This document shows positions 28,596 to 38,489 of a stretch of DNA of 64,000 nucleotides, one piece after another. This stretch comes from the human T2T-CHM13v2.0 reference genome, Homo sapiens, in the NCBI RefSeq assembly GCF_009914755.1, contig NC_060944.1; one strand, given 5' to 3'. Numbering within the stretch: position 1 is the first letter of the stretch; the number at the start of each line of letters is the position of its first letter. The notes under the pieces are model-generated. The model ran no database searches. It saw only the letters and a program-made list of their open reading frames with translations, and was not told the DNA's origin. A program made the position numbers and the translations under genes.

Positions 28596-29064
28596 CTTTG
28601 TAACCATGGTCTCAGCCAGACTGAACCAAGCTGTCCAGACAGAGGCTATTTATAGGTGCGTCGGGGACACAGACACTGGCACAATGACACACACACATTC
28701 AAGATCCACGCTGGGCCAGACGGGCCAGAGCTGAGCCCTGGATTCAGACACCTGGACACACACGGTCCCCAGATCCGGCCCAACCAGACCAGACCCCCAG
28801 AAAGATGGACACGCTCAAGAAAGGCACCCCGGCCCGGACACGGGAAAGACACACAGAGAGAGGCAGGAAGACTCGGTGACACGCACTCTTGGGCAAGACC
28901 GCGACTCAGACCCCCAGACACCCCGAGAGACGCCGAAGACCCAGACAGAGCCACGCAGCCACGCACACTCCACAGACGCACGGACATCCACTCAGAGCCC
29001 GAGACACAGCGCCGCGAACACTCCAGACACACGCCCGGAGCCCCAGACACCTCGCAGACCAGAC
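28596..29064. promoter_or_regulatory. Proximal intron-1 TGF-beta/SMAD enhancer candidate
   Basis: 15 CAGAC boxes, a TCF-like CTTTGTA (28596) and a MEF2 CTATTTATAG (28646). A SMAD/TCF7L2 enhancer in TMEPAI intron 1 is known from the literature. Confidence 0.7.
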
Positions 29065-29467
29065 AGTGTCTCACACGCCCCTCCACCCCCGCCCAAAGTT
29101 GATAAAGAGCCGGCCTAAATGCTCCATCGCGACTGCCCTCAGGGAAATAAAATGGAAACTTCACGGATCCGCCCGCCCCAACCCTCCCGCGCCGTGCGCC
29201 GCCGCTGAGCCCCGGGTCCGAGTCCGGGCGGGCGGGGCGCGGACAGCGGGGGCCGTGCCAGGCTCGCAGCGCCGCGGGACAAAGCCGGGCCGGCCGCCAG
29301 CTGCCGCGAGCCGGGAGGGCGCGCCCGGGGCGCGGCGGGCGCTGCCCGGGCGCAGGGCGTTCGGTCCGAGGGGGCGCGCAGGGCCCGGACCCCCGCTCGC
29401 AGCTGTGCCCCGACATAGGGTCCGAGCCCGATGGAGTCTCCGGGGAGGGGGGCGTGGGGTCACTCAC

Positions 29468-29576
29468 TGATCTCCATGCTCTGGAACAAAGAGCGTTTGC
29501 AGTTGCACGTGCAGGAGACATTGGGCTGCCCGGCGGCGGCGGCGGCGGTGCTGTTGACCCCCATCAAGCGGTGCAT
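29468..29576 (-). CDS. PMEPA1: PMEPA1/TMEPAI isoform a, coding part of exon 1
   Basis: The minus strand reads MHRLMGVNSTAAAAAGQPNVSCTCNCKRSLFQSMEI+A (109 nt, phase 1), then the donor TCA|GTGAGT. This matches the recalled N-terminus of 287-aa PMEPA1-a. It is absent from the ORF track because it is short and spliced. Confidence 0.97.
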
Positions 29577-29969
29577 GGACGGCGCGGCGGCGCGGCGCGG
29601 GGCGCGGGGGGCTCGGGGGCGGCCGGGGGGGGCTCCGGCCGGCGCCCGGAGCTGGGGCCCCGCATGCAGGAGGCGCGCGGCGGGGGAGGCGCGCCCCGGC
29701 TCGCCGGGCTCGGGTCGCCGCCAAGTTCCCGGGGCGCCGCGGGGCTCAGTGCGCGGGACCGCGCTCCGCTGCGCCCCCCCGGCCTCCCCTCGGCAGCCCC
29801 GGGGGCGTCGGCAGTGCCCGCGGGTGGCGTCCGGAAAATGGGCTGGCAGCGGGGCGCGCGCTGCCGCCGGGGCTGAGCCTCTGCCGCTAGCTTTCCCCAG
29901 CCGAGCGCCTCCGCCGCCGCCGCCGCCGCCGCCTCCTCCTCCTCATTCAAGTCCAAGGAGATCGGGTTT
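29577..29969 (-). other. PMEPA1: GC-rich 5' UTR of PMEPA1 isoform a (TSS approximate)
   Basis: Contiguous with the ATG at 29576 and contains (AGG)4(CGG)7. The 5' end is recalled, not derivable from the sequence. Confidence 0.75.
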
Positions 29970-30176
29970 CGCTCCGAGACCGCGGTCGGAGGCAGGCAGA
30001 CGGTCTGACGTCAGCGCTAGACGGGGCTGCCGGTTCCCACCGCGCGGGGGCCGGGGAGGGGGCGCGCGCTGCGCCAATCCCCGCCGAGGTTCCCCCGCAC
30101 CCCCTCCCCGAGCCGGGGGGCGGGGTGACGGGAAACGGGGCGGGCTCTTAAAGGGCCAGAGCTAGGCGGCCCACGT
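29970..30176. promoter_or_regulatory. Shared core promoter: inverted SMAD boxes CAGAC-g-GTCTG (29997-30007) overlapping CRE TGACGTCA (30006-30013), CCAAT (30074), GC box (~30137), TTAAAG (30148)
   Basis: Motifs read directly in the ~200 bp between the divergent starts. They fit the known TGF-beta induction of both genes. Confidence 0.75.
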
Positions 30177-30453
30177 AGACCCGGCACCCGCGCAACGGAG
30201 GAGGGGCGCTGTGCCCTCTCCCCAACGGCGGTCAGCTTGGAACGCCTGCCCGGCGCACGCCCGGGGCCGGGGAGCCGAACTCGGTGCCAGCCGCACCCGG
30301 GCGGGTTGCTGGTGCGCCCTCCCCTCGCCCCCGTCCCTGGGGTCCTTGACCCAGGCTCTTGGGGCTAGCCTATCTTCTGAGGAGCACAAGGTCCCTGGGG
30401 GCTCAGGGAAGAGAAATTGGAGAAAGGGGGAGGAAGCCCCCAAGATGGATCAC

Positions 30454-30560
30454 CCATTGCCTGGTTTCGCAGGAGACTGTCCGCCTTCAGTTCTCCAGCA
30501 GCTCGGGGATCATGGCCCACTGAACCCCCAAGCGCTTTCACCCGAACCCAAGGAGGACGA
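30454..30560 (-). CDS. PMEPA1: PMEPA1 isoform b alternative first exon (coding part only ATG G, 30454-30457)
   Basis: The minus strand reads ...GAAACCAGGCA ATG G|GTGATC, matching the recalled PMEPA1-b cDNA 5' end (MAELEF..., 252 aa). It is phase 1, like exon a. The 5' end is approximate. Confidence 0.88.
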
Positions 30561-31317
30561 CCAGGAAAGACGGGAACTCGCGTAGACACGCCCGGAAGCC
30601 CTTGTCATGTAAATAGCTGTCGGGGACTGGTGTATTGTCGCCGCCCCAGCCGGCGGGACCTGGGGCGAATCCACACCCATTGTCTGCTGCCCAAGGGGCC
30701 TCCGGCTGGGGGGCGCGGCTGCGGAGTTCAAAAGGGGTATGAGCAGGAGGGGTGTACTTTTAGTTCATTAAGTTTTAATTACAGGAGTGCTACAAGAACA
30801 CATTCTTCAGGTTTAAAAAGATATTAAAATATTACATAAGAGACCTCCCCTCCCTGGCCCACCTCCAGCCTCTTAAAAATTTAGTGTGTCGCCTTTTAGA
30901 CACTTTCTCAAAGCTTCACTTATTTAACAGGCACTTAAGGAGCACCTACCTGTGCCAGAAACTCTCCAAATATTAACTCAACCTGACACCGACTCAGTGT
31001 GGCCGAATATTACTCTCCCCATTTTACAGAGCGGGCAGCTGGTCAAGGAAGTCGCTTGTTGAAAGTCACACAGTGGTGGAGCCTGTGTGCCAACCCAGGA
31101 CCCTGGGGAGCTGCCTCCCCCTCTCCCACGTAGTCCTGATTCTTTAAGTGTCCACATATTCCTGTAATGCCTGGAGTTTCAGTAATTAGCAGGGACTTAG
31201 TGTGTTCAGAGAAAAAAAAAGCTTTTAAAAATTATTGTTACTGTGTTTGTAACAGTTTGGATAGAGAAGGAAAAGCTGGAATTTGGGAAGTGAAGGTGGC
31301 CTCGGGGTAGAACTTAC

Positions 31318-31500
31318 CTAGACCAGAGCGAATTCATCCTGAAGAACTCAGAGAAAGCCGGTGCAGGAAGTGGGTTCCCGCTCTCCCTGCACAGGCACAG
31401 TGATGCTGCCAGAGCTCTCCCAGAAAGACCAGGAGGCTTGTTCTGGAGAAGTCAAGCCCAGGGATGTGGCTCAGGCTGGTCCAAGCTCTTTGGAGGAGTC
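31318..31500 (-). other. PMEPA1: PMEPA1 non-coding alternative first exon (isoform c type)
   Basis: Strong donor TAG|GTAAGT at 31318/31317, at the position expected for the most 5' PMEPA1 exon. The upstream boundary is approximate. Confidence 0.7.
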
Positions 31501-32687
31501 CAAGCGTGCCCAGCCCAGAGGGAGGTTCAGAGGCACTGACCGTCTTCTGTTTGGGAGGAGAAGCTCACTCTTGGAGCCACAGCCAGCACTAGGTCAGGAC
31601 CCAGGCCCCGGCCCAGGAGTGGGGCAATACCCAGCGTCTACCCCAGATGGCACCCTGCTGTGAACTGGGCGCCCTCAGCCCCTGCCTTGAGGAAGGGGCA
31701 ATACCACCAGCGTGTCTTTTATCAGGGAAGATATTGCTGCAGTTTGGCCGCTGCAACTTAAGAGAAAAGCTAAGGGGTCCCCCAGCATCCCTTGGGGTGC
31801 CACTGCAAATACTGGCTGGGCCTGGAGATGACCTGGGTCCCATTCACTTCCTAGGGTGAAGGAGGTCATCATTACCACCCCTGCTTTCAGCCATTTCTTC
31901 ATTCATTCAATCAACAAACTGGCTGAGCTGCAACCCTGAGCCGGGGAATTCAGCCACTCCAGACACAGCCCCTGCCCTCCGGGAAGTCTCGGGAGACCTG
32001 GCTAGTCTGGCTGGGAGAAGTCACACGTTGATTGTCTTGGAAGTGAGATGGCATTTACACAATGGAGGCTGCACTGCCAGCAGGCAAAAATAACCAGTTA
32101 ATTCAGTGGCTTAAAGAAACCAAACCTACCCACAACGCTTGACCTCCCATTGATCCATCTGCGACACCGGCAGTGGCTACCATTTATTGAGTGCTGATGG
32201 TGTCACCTGGGATTGACTTAGTGGTCTCTGGCGCTAGTTCCGAAGTTGATTCTGTCTGGAGAGCTTAATGCAGTGTTCAGACCTCAGGGTCCGAACCTGA
32301 GGGTCACCCAAAGATGAGTGGGACATAGCTGTGTGACCTCGGCTGAGTGCTTTCACCTCTCCAACCTCAGTTTCCTCTTCTGCAAAATGGGGTGGCTTCA
32401 TGGCACCTTCACGTGGTGTGATTGCGAGGAATGAAGGGATCGATGCCTTGCAAGTAGAGGAGAAGGGGCCGGATACATCTTAGTTGTTATGTTATTTAAT
32501 CATCTTGGCAACCCCGGGAGGGAGGAACCACTATCATTTTATTTTCCATTTTGCAGTTGAGGACAATGATGATTCCAGCACAGACAGGGCCCCTGACGGG
32601 GCAGTAGGAAAGGAGAATTGCTTTGGAAGGAGCATAGGCTGGACTGCCAGCACTCATAGGAGGCTTCGTGTGTGCCCAGGACTGCGA

Positions 32688-32810
32688 GAATTAAATACAG
32701 GACACCCAGTTCAGTTTGAATTTCAGATAAACTATGAATAATGATTAGTGTAAGTATATCTCAATTTAACTGGATAGCTTGTATTTTTCTTTGCGAAATC
32801 TGATAACCCT
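32688..32810. mobile_element. Internally deleted MER53 at the NKILA 3' end
   Basis: AATACAGGACACCCAGTTCAGTTTGAATTTCAGATAAAC...AAATCTGATAACCCT. Confidence 0.7.
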
Positions 32811-34825
32811 AGATGTGCCAGGGACTGTGATGCTGGCATTTTGGGCATGAAGGGCAGAGCCCACTGTCAGGCACAGGCAGAGAAGGTCACAACTCCCTGA
32901 TTCTACCCAGGAGAAATGGGCAGAGCCAAGGTGTTAATGGGCTGAGGAGGGAGGGCTCACTGCTGGGAGTGGGAGTGGGGAGGGGGCACCGCGATTGGGC
33001 AGGCCTGAGTCCCTGGGAAGAATGCCACAAGTCAGAGGCAAAAAAAAAAAGGTTTTGTTCACTCATTGAACAAACATTCTGCTCCTATTCAGTGTGAAGC
33101 TCTGTGCTGGGTATGGGGCACAGGGCTGGGAAGAAAACCAACTCCCTGACCTCGTGTGACATTGTGGGGGACAAAGGGACTAAAGACACACACACACATG
33201 CAAACTCATAGCTCAATGAGGTCAGGAGGTCATTTCAGACATGGTGATAACAGGCCAAAGGCCAGAGTTGGGGTGAGATCAAGGAAGCCCTCCCTGAGGA
33301 GGTGGCATCTCATTCCACCTGCAGTTACCAACCACCCACAGGTGCAGCCCCAGCCATACTGAGGCTCACAGGTGAGGCTGACATCACATGTGTAAAAAGA
33401 TGAGTCCAGGTGATAATTTCAGAGAGGGACGAGACCTGGGAAGAATATAAAAGGAGAGGGTTTGGAGGCGACTTGAGCCCAAAGGGTTGGGCCTCCTCTC
33501 TGGGGAGATGTGGGCTGGGCATGTAGGGGACAGTAGAGAGGGGATGCCAGGCCAGTGGGGGCATCAGGAACTGGGAGACTCTCATGGTCCCAGCAGGTTT
33601 GGAGTTTGGGACACATTTCTCAGCCTGGCTGTGGCCATGGGGTTGTGAAATGGGTGTGTGAAGCAAATGGATTGTGAAATGGGTGACTGCAGAGACAGGC
33701 CTTTCTGGGACTCCAGACAGCGTGTGCCACCATCCGCCCTGCCCATGGGTTGAATCCGCGGCCGGGGGGATTTTCCAGAGGAAACGTCCTGTTTCAGCAG
33801 GTTAAGGGGCTTTGCTCCCAGCAGCGCCGCGCATCTGTGCTCTGCTGGACTTGTGTGCAGAGCCAGCTTCGTGGGAGTGTGACCCCCCTGCACTCTCCAG
33901 GGCCCCATGCTCTGAAGGGTCGGGGGTTTATTGTATTATTTTATTTATTTATTTTTTAGTTTAATTTTTTCTACTGTTGACATCGTGAAATTCCTAATAG
34001 TTAACAGTTTCTGAACACGGGGGCCTGCAAATCTGTAACCAGTCCTGCTCAGATGCCAGGCCCACACTGGCAGCCAGTTGGGACCCCATGGAAGTCAGTG
34101 TGGGTTTTGGCCACAGCTGAGGGTGGCTGGCAGTGTTCTGACTGTGCCCGCTGGCCGAGGGTGGCTGGCCACTGTGGAAAGTGCCTGACTGAGCCAACAA
34201 AAGTCCTGCTTGGGGAGCCGGTTGAGGGGACAAGGCAGAGGCCCTCCTCAGGGCCAGCCGTGCCCCTGTCTGCCTGCCACCCCCGGCCTGCCTGGACGGA
34301 GCTGCCTCTGCAGAATTAGTCTTGGGAAACCTTAGGCAGATTAATGACCTCCCCTCCCAACTTAGCACCTTTGGAAACACCGTCCAGCAGGGTCATTTTC
34401 TTCCTCAGGTTGGGGTTAATTGGGGCTGTCAACTTTCACAGGTTAGCAACTTTGGATTTCATTTTTTTTGTCTTGTTTTACTTTTAAACACTAGTAAGAG
34501 CCAATGTTTATTGGGCACTGCCCATGTGCCATGCCAGGCCCTGTTCTAACCACTTCACATTCTTCCACTTAGTCATTCCACAAATATGCATTGGGATCCT
34601 ACGGAGAGCCAGAAATGAGCTCACTGGATCCCCACGACAACCCTCTGAGGTCCAAGCTGATATTATTCCCATTTGACAGATGGGGACACTGAGGCTCAGG
34701 GACCCAAGGATGAGGTGGAGCTGGGATGTGAATCAGGTACTTGGGCCCTAAAGCCCATGGGCTGGCCTCAGCAAATGATGCCTTCTGCACCCTGTCTCCC
34801 TCCTCACTGCCTTTGACTGGGTCCT

Positions 34826-34973
34826 CCCTGGCCGTCCCACTGGACTCGGTTGGCACTGTGCCCCTGGCCGTCCCACTGGACTCGGTTGGCACCGTCCCCC
34901 TGGCCGTCCCACTGGACTTGGTTGGCGCCGTCCCCCTGGCCGTCCCACTGGACTCGGTTGGCGCCGTCCCCCT
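34826..34973. repeat. 36-bp VNTR, 4 copies
   Basis: Unit CCCTGGCCGTCCCACTGGACTCGGTTGGCACCGTCC starting at 34826, 34862, 34898 and 34934. Confidence 0.95.
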
Positions 34974-35604
34974 CAGCTCCACGGAGGCCCCCGGGGATCC
35001 ACCATTTGCCTCACCGCTGGTGGTGTCTGTTCATAAAACCTCATCTCCGACCATGAGGGGCAGCTGACTCTGCAGCGGAGTGAGGCTGGAGCGGCTGGGT
35101 TGGTGAGAGGCCACTCCAGCACCTGCTCTGGGTCTGGCGTGGGCAGCCTTGGCAGGCTGCTTCAGCTCACTGAACCTGCGTCCCCTCTGCCACTAAACAG
35201 GGAGGAGCGGGATTTCACAGTGAGGGAGAGGCAGTGTGGGGAGGCCTCAGCACAGGGCCCAGCGGCCCCTGGACTCGGTGTCTGTGAGTTCACCATCCCC
35301 TCCACTGCTCCAGGGGGCAGGCCAGTCTGGCATGCCTTGCTTGGGGTCTGGCCTGCAGTGGGTGCTTGGCAAACCTCTGTGGACTAAATGCAGGAGGGAC
35401 ACCTACCCACAAACACATCCAAATCCCATTTTTGGCTGCCTTCATGACTGGCTAACAAGTCTTCCCGCTCACTCACCCTCTCCACCTCCAAGTATCCTCT
35501 TGCAGCTGAGTATCCAGAAGCCAGTCACCTGGGCTAGCACCTACCAAGAAGAGCAAGGAGCGTTTGCATGGTATCAACCAGAACCAGAAGTCTCAGCCAG
35601 AAAG

Positions 35605-35866
35605 ACGTGTTGTGCATGTGTGGTCTCCACTGTGAGCTTGTGGGTGTGCGTTGCATGTATATGCAGGACGTACATGTGCATATTCACGCTGTGGGGTATT
35701 TGTGTGTGTGTGGTGTGTGTCGTCTGTGTTGAGGGTTTGAGGGTGCACGTTGTATTGTACATATGTTTGGGGTACGCATGTGAGTATTTGTGCTATGAGG
35801 GTATGTGTGTGTTGTGCGTGCATCTGCATGTGTTCTCGCATTTTCTTGGTTGTGTTGTGTGTGTTT
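35605..35866. repeat. Degenerate TG-rich low-complexity tract
   Basis: Seen directly. Confidence 0.8.
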
Positions 35867-37073
35867 AGGCGCTGATACAGGAGCTTCGCTGCTGTACAAA
35901 TATACAGGAGCTTTGCTGCTGGACAAATGTCAGATGGTTGAGTTCTCCAACAGCAATCCAAAGATGCTCGGCTAAATTGGCCACAGATGACACCCCCACC
36001 TCCATCCCGGGGTGCCATCCCATTCTCTTCTGTCCAATTTTTCAATTCCAGCAGGGAACTGAATTCTTCCCGAGAAGAGAGGGCTTTGGAAGCCAGGCAG
36101 GGAGACAAGGGTGGGCAGAAGGAGAGGACAGAAGGGAACATTAGAGCCAATTTTGTCTTCTGACAGATGGGTAAACTGAGGCCCAGAGAGGGCCATGACT
36201 TGGAGAAGATTCAAGGTGCCAGTGAAAGGCAGAGCTGAGCTAGGATCCATTCAGTGCCTGACAGCAGCCCAGGCCCTGCAGGGTCTTTGGTTACCTTAAA
36301 TAGCTTAATACACAGACTTTTCTACCACAGGTTGAGCTTGAGAGGGGAATGGAAGATTCCAGATGTTTAACTCATGTCTGAAACACTTTCAGAAAGAACT
36401 ATGAGTCACTCAAGCTGATTTCACGGACCAGAAATACCCAACCAAAAGTGTTCTGCGTCTCTCTTGTCATGAATGACACATTGTACTGTTATTAGGAGTA
36501 ATTAATAATATAAAACTGTGCTTCTCAATGACACCAGAGCGATTTAGGGGAGGCTGGCCCTTGGTGTTCTGCTGCTGGGTTTGAGGGGAAGCAGGTAGAG
36601 TGGTCTGGGTGTGACAGCAAAGGCCATGCTGATCACAGAGGACTCGGACATGACCGTGTCTGCCAGGCTCTGTGCAGTGCTAATGCCAGGCACCACACCT
36701 GGCACAGAGACAATTCCACACCTCGTGCCAGGTGCTGCAACAAGCCGTGGGGCTGCACAGTGACTAGCGCAGGCCAGCTCTGCCTCCACGGTATCCCCTC
36801 TGATGGGCTTACCCACTCATCTGCCCATTTCCCCCAAACCTGAATTCTGCATGCTGAAAACCGTGGGGTCAGGCAAGTACATGTTACCACTTCTGTGTGA
36901 CCTTGCTGAAGAAAGTGAATGAACTACTCCGGACCTTAGTTTCTTCATCTTAAAAGTGGAGATCTGACAGGTATCCATCCACTCATAGGGCCAGTGGAAG
37001 ATTACATGGGTAACTCATGCAGGGCACTCAGCACAGGGCCTGGCTTGGAGCAAGCTCTTGAAAAAGCTAATTA

Positions 37074-37431
37074 CAGTAGTCCCCCGCCACCCACCCCATG
37101 CATGGCTTCCCTTTCCAAGGTTTCAGTTACCCATGGTCAGCCGAGGTCCAAAAATAGTGGGTACAGTACAGTAAGATATTTTGAGAGTGAGAGAGAGAGA
37201 GGGGGAGGGACCACATCCACACAATTTTTATTACACTATATTGTTATAATTGTTCTATTTTATTGTTAACTGTTGTTGTCAATCTGTTACTAGGCCTAAT
37301 TTATAAATTAAACCTTATTGTAGTATCCATGTGTATGAAAAAATAGAGTATATAGGGTTCGGTGCTGTGTGAGGTTTCAGGCATCCACTGGGAGTCTCAG
37401 AACGTACCCCCATGGATAGGAGGGAAGACTG
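37074..37431 (+). mobile_element. MER44A/Tigger7 DNA transposon derivative
   Basis: Starts TA-CAGTAGTCCCCC and contains GGTTTCAGGCATCCACTGGG near its end. Confidence 0.8.
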
Positions 37432-38039
37432 ATTAACACTGCGCATTGTGCATCCCAGGGGCTCCCCGTCCCGGACAAAATACAAACAGACCCTACTAAA
37501 TCCCTCTTCTTCCCTTTGGATAACTTATCTCAAATTATAAATTATAATTTTGTGTGTGTGAATTTGTGAGTGGCTTCATTCAGTGTCTCTCCCCAGCTAG
37601 ACTGTGTCCTGTGTCTCCCCAGTGTCTGGTCTAGGGACAAATGCTGAGACGTCTGCAAGGCCATCTAGAACGCCAGGAAGGCACTGTGGGAACCCAGAGG
37701 AACAGGGCACGACGGTGCCCAACAGTCCCAGGAAAACACTCTGTGCCCTTCACCTACATCTCCATGCCAGGGTTGGAGACAGGGTCCTGTCCCATCTGCA
37801 CATGGAGCCCTCCGGACGGGTGAATCTGTCGTCAGTTTGGGGCTTGGGAATCGGTGTCCAAGAGCTGGCTTCAAAGGCAATGAAACTGGCATTGCATCTT
37901 TGAAGGCAGCACAGGCTACATCTGTCTTATTCTCCGTGTCCACAGCCCCTAGCAGTGACTGGCATGTGGTCACGCCCAATAAATATTTGCTGAATGAATG
38001 AACGCAAAACAATTTGCAATGTGGACTAGTCCCTTAAAG

Positions 38040-38460
38040 TATGTGTATCTGCAACCGGTAAGTCTACCACATATCTTAAGGAAATAATCAGAGAAGTGAA
38101 CAGTTTTAAGGAGAAGAACGTTGATCCTATCTTCATTCGTAAAAGCAAAAGTGCAATGAAATTAAAAACAAATAGAAGATGCGTAAATAAAAGGCAGTGA
38201 TCATAAAACTGTTCAAAACCTTGTTTTCAAAAATTATCTGATGATATAAAGTCCCATATAAACTAAATTTAAAAATAGGCTGCAGAACCGATCTCAACTT
38301 TTTACAAAAATATTATTAGAAAAAGGATTAAAATGATATTTGCCAAAATATTAACAGTGGTCAGCTTTGTGCAATGGATTAAATGCAATATATTTCTCAT
38401 ATTGTTTGCTCTATTTTCTACCATGAGCATTCATTTAGAAAAATTTTTAAAAATTTTTAC
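38040..38460 (+). mobile_element. L1ME-like 3' end fragment
   Basis: AT-rich, with CCAAAATATTAACAGTGG motif. Confidence 0.55.
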
Positions 38461-38489
38461 TTAATAGTGCCTCTGAAGCACCTCTCAAG

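Larger units (their letters stand above)
28890..30730. promoter_or_regulatory. CpG island spanning the PMEPA1/NKILA bidirectional promoter
   Basis: Very high GC and CpG density seen directly; boundaries estimated by eye. Confidence 0.92.
30177..32770 (+). ncRNA. NKILA: NKILA, NF-kB-interacting lncRNA (intronless, divergent/antisense to PMEPA1)
   Basis: Starts AGACCCGGCACCCGCGCAACGG as recalled for NKILA. It contains the recalled qPCR primer sites AACCAAACCTACCCACAACG (32118) and CACCTGGGATTGACTTAGTGGT (~32204). A TATA-like TTAAAG lies at 30148. The 3' end is approximate. Confidence 0.9.

Noticed and set aside
28646-30165. Long ORFs of 130-291 aa over the CpG island
   Set aside because: Low-complexity R/P/G/A sequences caused by stop-codon scarcity in GC-rich DNA. 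The real CDS here is the 109-nt spliced exon.
34599-35067. ORFs with 12-aa repeats; possible CRISPR-like array
   Set aside because: By-product of a 36-bp head-to-tail VNTR with no unique spacers, in human DNA with no cas genes.
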